Assembly (NCBI RefSeq): GCF_026571515.1
Contig: NW_026865242.1
Coordinates: 1 to 64,000, forward strand
Origin: Ruditapes philippinarum
Taxonomy: Eukaryota
DNA length: 64,000 nt
Direction: 5' to 3'
Part shown: piece by piece, positions 60,007 to 64,000 of the stretch
Layout of the letters: each line of letters starts with the position of its first letter
Numbering within the stretch: position 1 is the stretch's first letter
Made by a program: the position numbers and the translations under genes
Notes under the pieces: model-generated
What the model was told of the DNA's origin: nothing
The model's database searches: none
The model's input: the letters and a program-made list of their open reading frames with translations, nothing else

Positions 60007-61140
60007 TTTTAGCTCTTCTTTTTCGGAGAAAATGTCTTTCCTGTTGCCATCAAGAAACTTTAACATTGGCCATTATTTTTTTATTTGTTAATAGATTTTT
60101 TTCATTGACTTTTAAAAATGACCTTGACCTTGAAGGTCAAATGTTTAAATTTTGTTTCATTTTTGCTATAATTGGCTGTAAGTTTGTTATTTATGAATAC
60201 TAGTAGATTGTGTTCATACTTGGACACAAGAATCCTTTGGATAAAACCTGCAATTAAACCAAATTGATAATGACCTTCGCTCAATATAATGATGTTGGAG
60301 GTCGAAAATTTAGCTTGAATTTTGCTATAAAAAGCTATTACTTTGTTATTTTATAAAAAGATTATCTGTATATTTGAGCGCAACTACCATCCTTAGGACA
60401 ATGTTTTAAAGATGATAAATTAGAATTTGACATTGACGCATAAATGTCATGGTCAAAGAAGGTCAAAATATTGTAATCTCAAGTTTTTGCTTTAACTTTG
60501 TAAGTAATGAATGTATTGACTTCCTACTTTGACACAATAAACATTAGGAAAACATAAAAGTAGGTTTAATTTAACTTGACCTTGACCTTAATTTCTTAAT
60601 TTAACATTGACACTTCAGGTCAAAGTGGAGTATGCTTCAAGTGTTCATAACTTTGTTATTTATGTATAGATTTGATTTATACTTGAAAAAAAGAACACAT
60701 ATGACAAAAGCAACATGTTGAATTATTCTGTTATGACCTTGACCTGTATTTGACCTTCATCATCAAGGCCAAATTATTAAAATTTGCTTGAATTGTCATA
60801 TGTTGTTATTTATTTACTGACTTGATTTATACTTGCCAAAAAAACAACATATGACAAAACAGACATGTTGAATTATTCTGATATGATATTGACCTTTACT
60901 TGACCTTGACCAAAGTCAATTTTTTGAAATTTGCTAAAATTGTCACGACTTTTTTATTTATATACAGATTTGATACAAAAGAACACGTGACCTGGTAGAA
61001 ATGTTGAATTATTCTGATATGACATTGACCTTTAATTTACATTGACTGTCAAGGTAAAATTATTTAAATTTGCTTGATTAAAAGAATACATATGGCAAAT
61101 ATGAAATATTTTGATACGACCTTGATCGGACGGTCTAGTA
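60007..61140 (+). repeat. Degraded tandem-repeat element rich in TGACCTTGACCTT (old HINE-like copy)
   Basis: Starts TTTTAGCTC, has recurrent ~120-bp units with tgaccttgacct/aaggtcaa, ends near GGTCTAGT. Confidence 0.55.
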
Positions 61141-63193
61141 ACGTTGATTTTGTGTAAATCTAGAATATCTTGATAATCCACCGTAGTTGAAGTTTATAAG
61201 CTGCGTACTATTGGGTGTTGAAAGAGATTTGCCTCGGCTTGTAGTCACCCTGACGTCATCAGAATAATTATGATCGTATATAGACCACTTTAACAGGGCT
61301 TCAGGTATTATAAATTATAGAAATAATTTACAACAGTTGACTATCAATATATCAATAACAATCTTAAAACGTTATCGAAGTACACGTCATTTTATACCTT
61401 TGTTTAGAGTTAAATTTCAATATCTGTCGCATCTACTCGACCGTTTCCGTCAAACTTCGGACAAGGACATATGAATAATAGCCGAGGAGTTCTGATTGGT
61501 GTCAACTTTAAAAGGAAAGCAATTGGAACAGCTGACTTAATTAAGCTTCAATGTTTAGTCGTATACTATTGGCACGATAATGACAATATTGCTTACTTGT
61601 ACAAATATTACAAAGTAAATACTAGTATTCCAGTTACCATTCTTATTGCTAATGGTCATGTTTTGCACACGTTGTATACAATTAGAAAACATTGCTGTCA
61701 ATGGTTATGGACATATACATTATGCCAATAAACAATTTGATTGAAAGGATTATATAATATTTGTATGGTCATACTTATATTGATAGCATTGACCGCTTTT
61801 ATATACCTATACTGTACAATCCGATTATATCATTGTACTTTCTCGCAAGGATTTGTTTTGTACTTGGCTATATAAATACAAGATGATATCGGGTTATTGA
61901 ACCCGTTACCTTTAGCAACCAAAATGCTTTAATCTACTCACGCTTTCGATATACATGTAGTCTGAAAGTCTCGTATTTTAATACTTATCTTTTTTGTTTT
62001 TACTTGTGTTCCGTATGGGCTCTTTCTTTGCTGGATAGAAAGAAAAGGGGATAAGGGTCAACAAGTACGGCGATACAAAGACGAAACTTGAAATGAGGAA
62101 CATTTTGCATTTTAATACGTTGTTCATTTTTACTCTTTGTTAATAACATGGGCATATCTTTTATTTCCCTGAAAACTGCTACAAAGCACTCGTATACTAG
62201 TATTTGAAATTATGAGAATTTTTTGTTGAAAAAATTTAGAACTGAGGATAATTATGTACATGACTAAAATCGATCGTAAATTCAAACATATTTTTTCAGT
62301 TTGTTTAGATAAACGATTTGATGTAAAAGCGGTTCATGTCTTAGAAGTGTTTTATTTGCCTAGCAGCTTTGTAAATAAGTATATAATCATTGATATATTA
62401 TACCGTCTCAGTTTGAACCTTGACCTTCGCCTACCATTTACAAAAATATATTCAAATTAACTAACGTGTCTAGATTTTTTGTGACCAAGTTTGTTATTTT
62501 TCTTACATGTCTTATTTTTTTAAATCAAGATGTAGTGAGAAACGATCGAGTGTCATATTGTCTTTGATTTGTTGACGACTCTTTACGTGAATTACGAGGG
62601 CCGTATTACGCTATATGTGATTTAACAGCCTTTAAGTATTAAAATGACGGTATATACAATTCACATTTTACTTTGCATCAATCGAATAAATGTTGTTTCT
62701 TTTTCAAATTCGTAGTAAAGACAATTACGTGATATTTAGTTTTATTATATATTGCGTAGGATGTCTAAACACTGTTGTGTCTAAGTTTTTACGTGTTGAT
62801 GAATGAACATTAGAAAGCATGGCTCAAGATATTTTTTAACTCGAAACCAATTTCAAAATCTGAAAATTATCGGAACATTGTACAGTACTGTAGATTAGAC
62901 TGTATAACATACTACGGAAATAATCCGAAAATCAAGGTCATACATGTATATGGTACTATTTATGACATTGTTAATCTTTATTAAATATGTATAAATATAG
63001 CACGATGACGAACTGACCATAACATAAACAGTCGGTCACTATGTTTATATTGATTACAGGCCGGTTGGCATGATGTCAAAGTTTTAAACCATACAGGTAT
63101 TCCTCCCACTTATATATGATATATATTAGCCATAAATCAGTAAGAACTGCGGGAGAAAGGTGTACTAGACGCTCAAAGTTACTAAATTTAACA

Positions 63194-63290
63194 ATGGCAG
63201 GAATCAAAGCTTTAATTGGAGATGAAGTTCAAGATAAAAGTGGAAAAATGTGTCCAGTTGAGGAAATATGTGCAGGCAAAAAAGCTGTCG
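63194..63290 (+). CDS. First coding exon of a probable nucleoredoxin/tryparedoxin-like thioredoxin-fold protein (continues beyond window)
   Basis: ACAATGG start context. MAGIKALIGDEVQDKSGKMCPVEEICAGKKAVG then phase-1 donor GTAAGA. Resembles the nucleoredoxin N-terminus that precedes LYFSAxWCPPC, but that motif is not visible here. TATA-like stretch ~80 bp upstream. Confidence 0.6.
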
Positions 63291-64000
63291 GTAAGATAGT
63301 TTCATTTCTCGAGTTTAAATCATTTTGATGTATCACCAAGGTATGAATATGTTACGATACAGGTACGTTCGACAAAAAAAGGCACTTAATTAAAGAGTAC
63401 ATATAAGTTTAAATGAAGTTAAATTGTTGCACTTTAAACAAAGATTTTTAAAGTGCGACTGTCATATTTATACTAAGTTTGTCTATACATATATACAGTT
63501 ATATCGGACGAAACAAGTTTGTACAAGGAGTATGTCAAGGTGACATTTTTTTACAATGATTGTTGCGTGAAATGTTTAAAATAGATAAGACAACCTCATT
63601 GAAAGTTTATATTTTAGAACTATAAATATTATATACGCACATATACTTCATATATATGTGTAATCTATTCATGCATTTAACATTTAAAATTATCTTGCGG
63701 CAAGGATAGCTGTGTAAAAATTAACATCTTTATGAAATTAACATATGATGTACATCGATCGTAATTCAATTTACGCGTACGACGACAAGTCGAATACTGT
63801 ATACCTGTTGGTCTGATGTATATATTTTTTCTGAACCAGAGTTATATTAAAAGAGTCTGTTATTAATCTGGTTACAGGTTAGAAATTAATAACTCTTTTG
63901 TAGCTACCTATTCAATAATAAATGATGAAAAGTGTGTAAAAAATAAGGAGTCCTACCATTTTATCTTTGTTAAACATATTCTTTGGTAAATAAAACGTCC

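Overview
AT-rich, intron-containing animal genomic DNA. The repeat families and gene content suggest a bivalve mollusc (inference). There is one assembly gap at 12422-12640. Host genes reconstructed by hand from splice sites: (1) two tandem paralogous MACPF (perforin-like) genes on the minus strand, each with four coding exons encoding a ~57-aa N-terminal tail, one hydrophobic segment, a MACPF domain and two PAN/apple-like domains; (2) an intronless B-box/coiled-coil gene starting MGASYS, with ISRE-like motifs upstream; (3) FAIM (4 coding exons); (4) a 9-exon NAD-dependent glycerol-3-phosphate dehydrogenase (GPD1 family) with the catalytic Lys of GALKN replaced by Ile and a tandemly duplicated last splice acceptor; (5) the first exon of a probable nucleoredoxin-like gene. 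The rest is nested mobile DNA: an APE-RT LINE flanked by a 153-bp direct repeat and split by a 3-kb TIR element, a DD35D pogo-type transposon split by a TTAA element, a LINE fragment split by a Helentron-like element, satellite-carrying Helentron-associated elements (one head-to-tail dimer), foldback MITEs and tRNA-derived SINEs. The best candidate for an undescribed system is the pair of apparently type II membrane-anchored MACPF-PAN proteins. The GPD1 possible pseudoenzyme and the long-TSD LINE come next.
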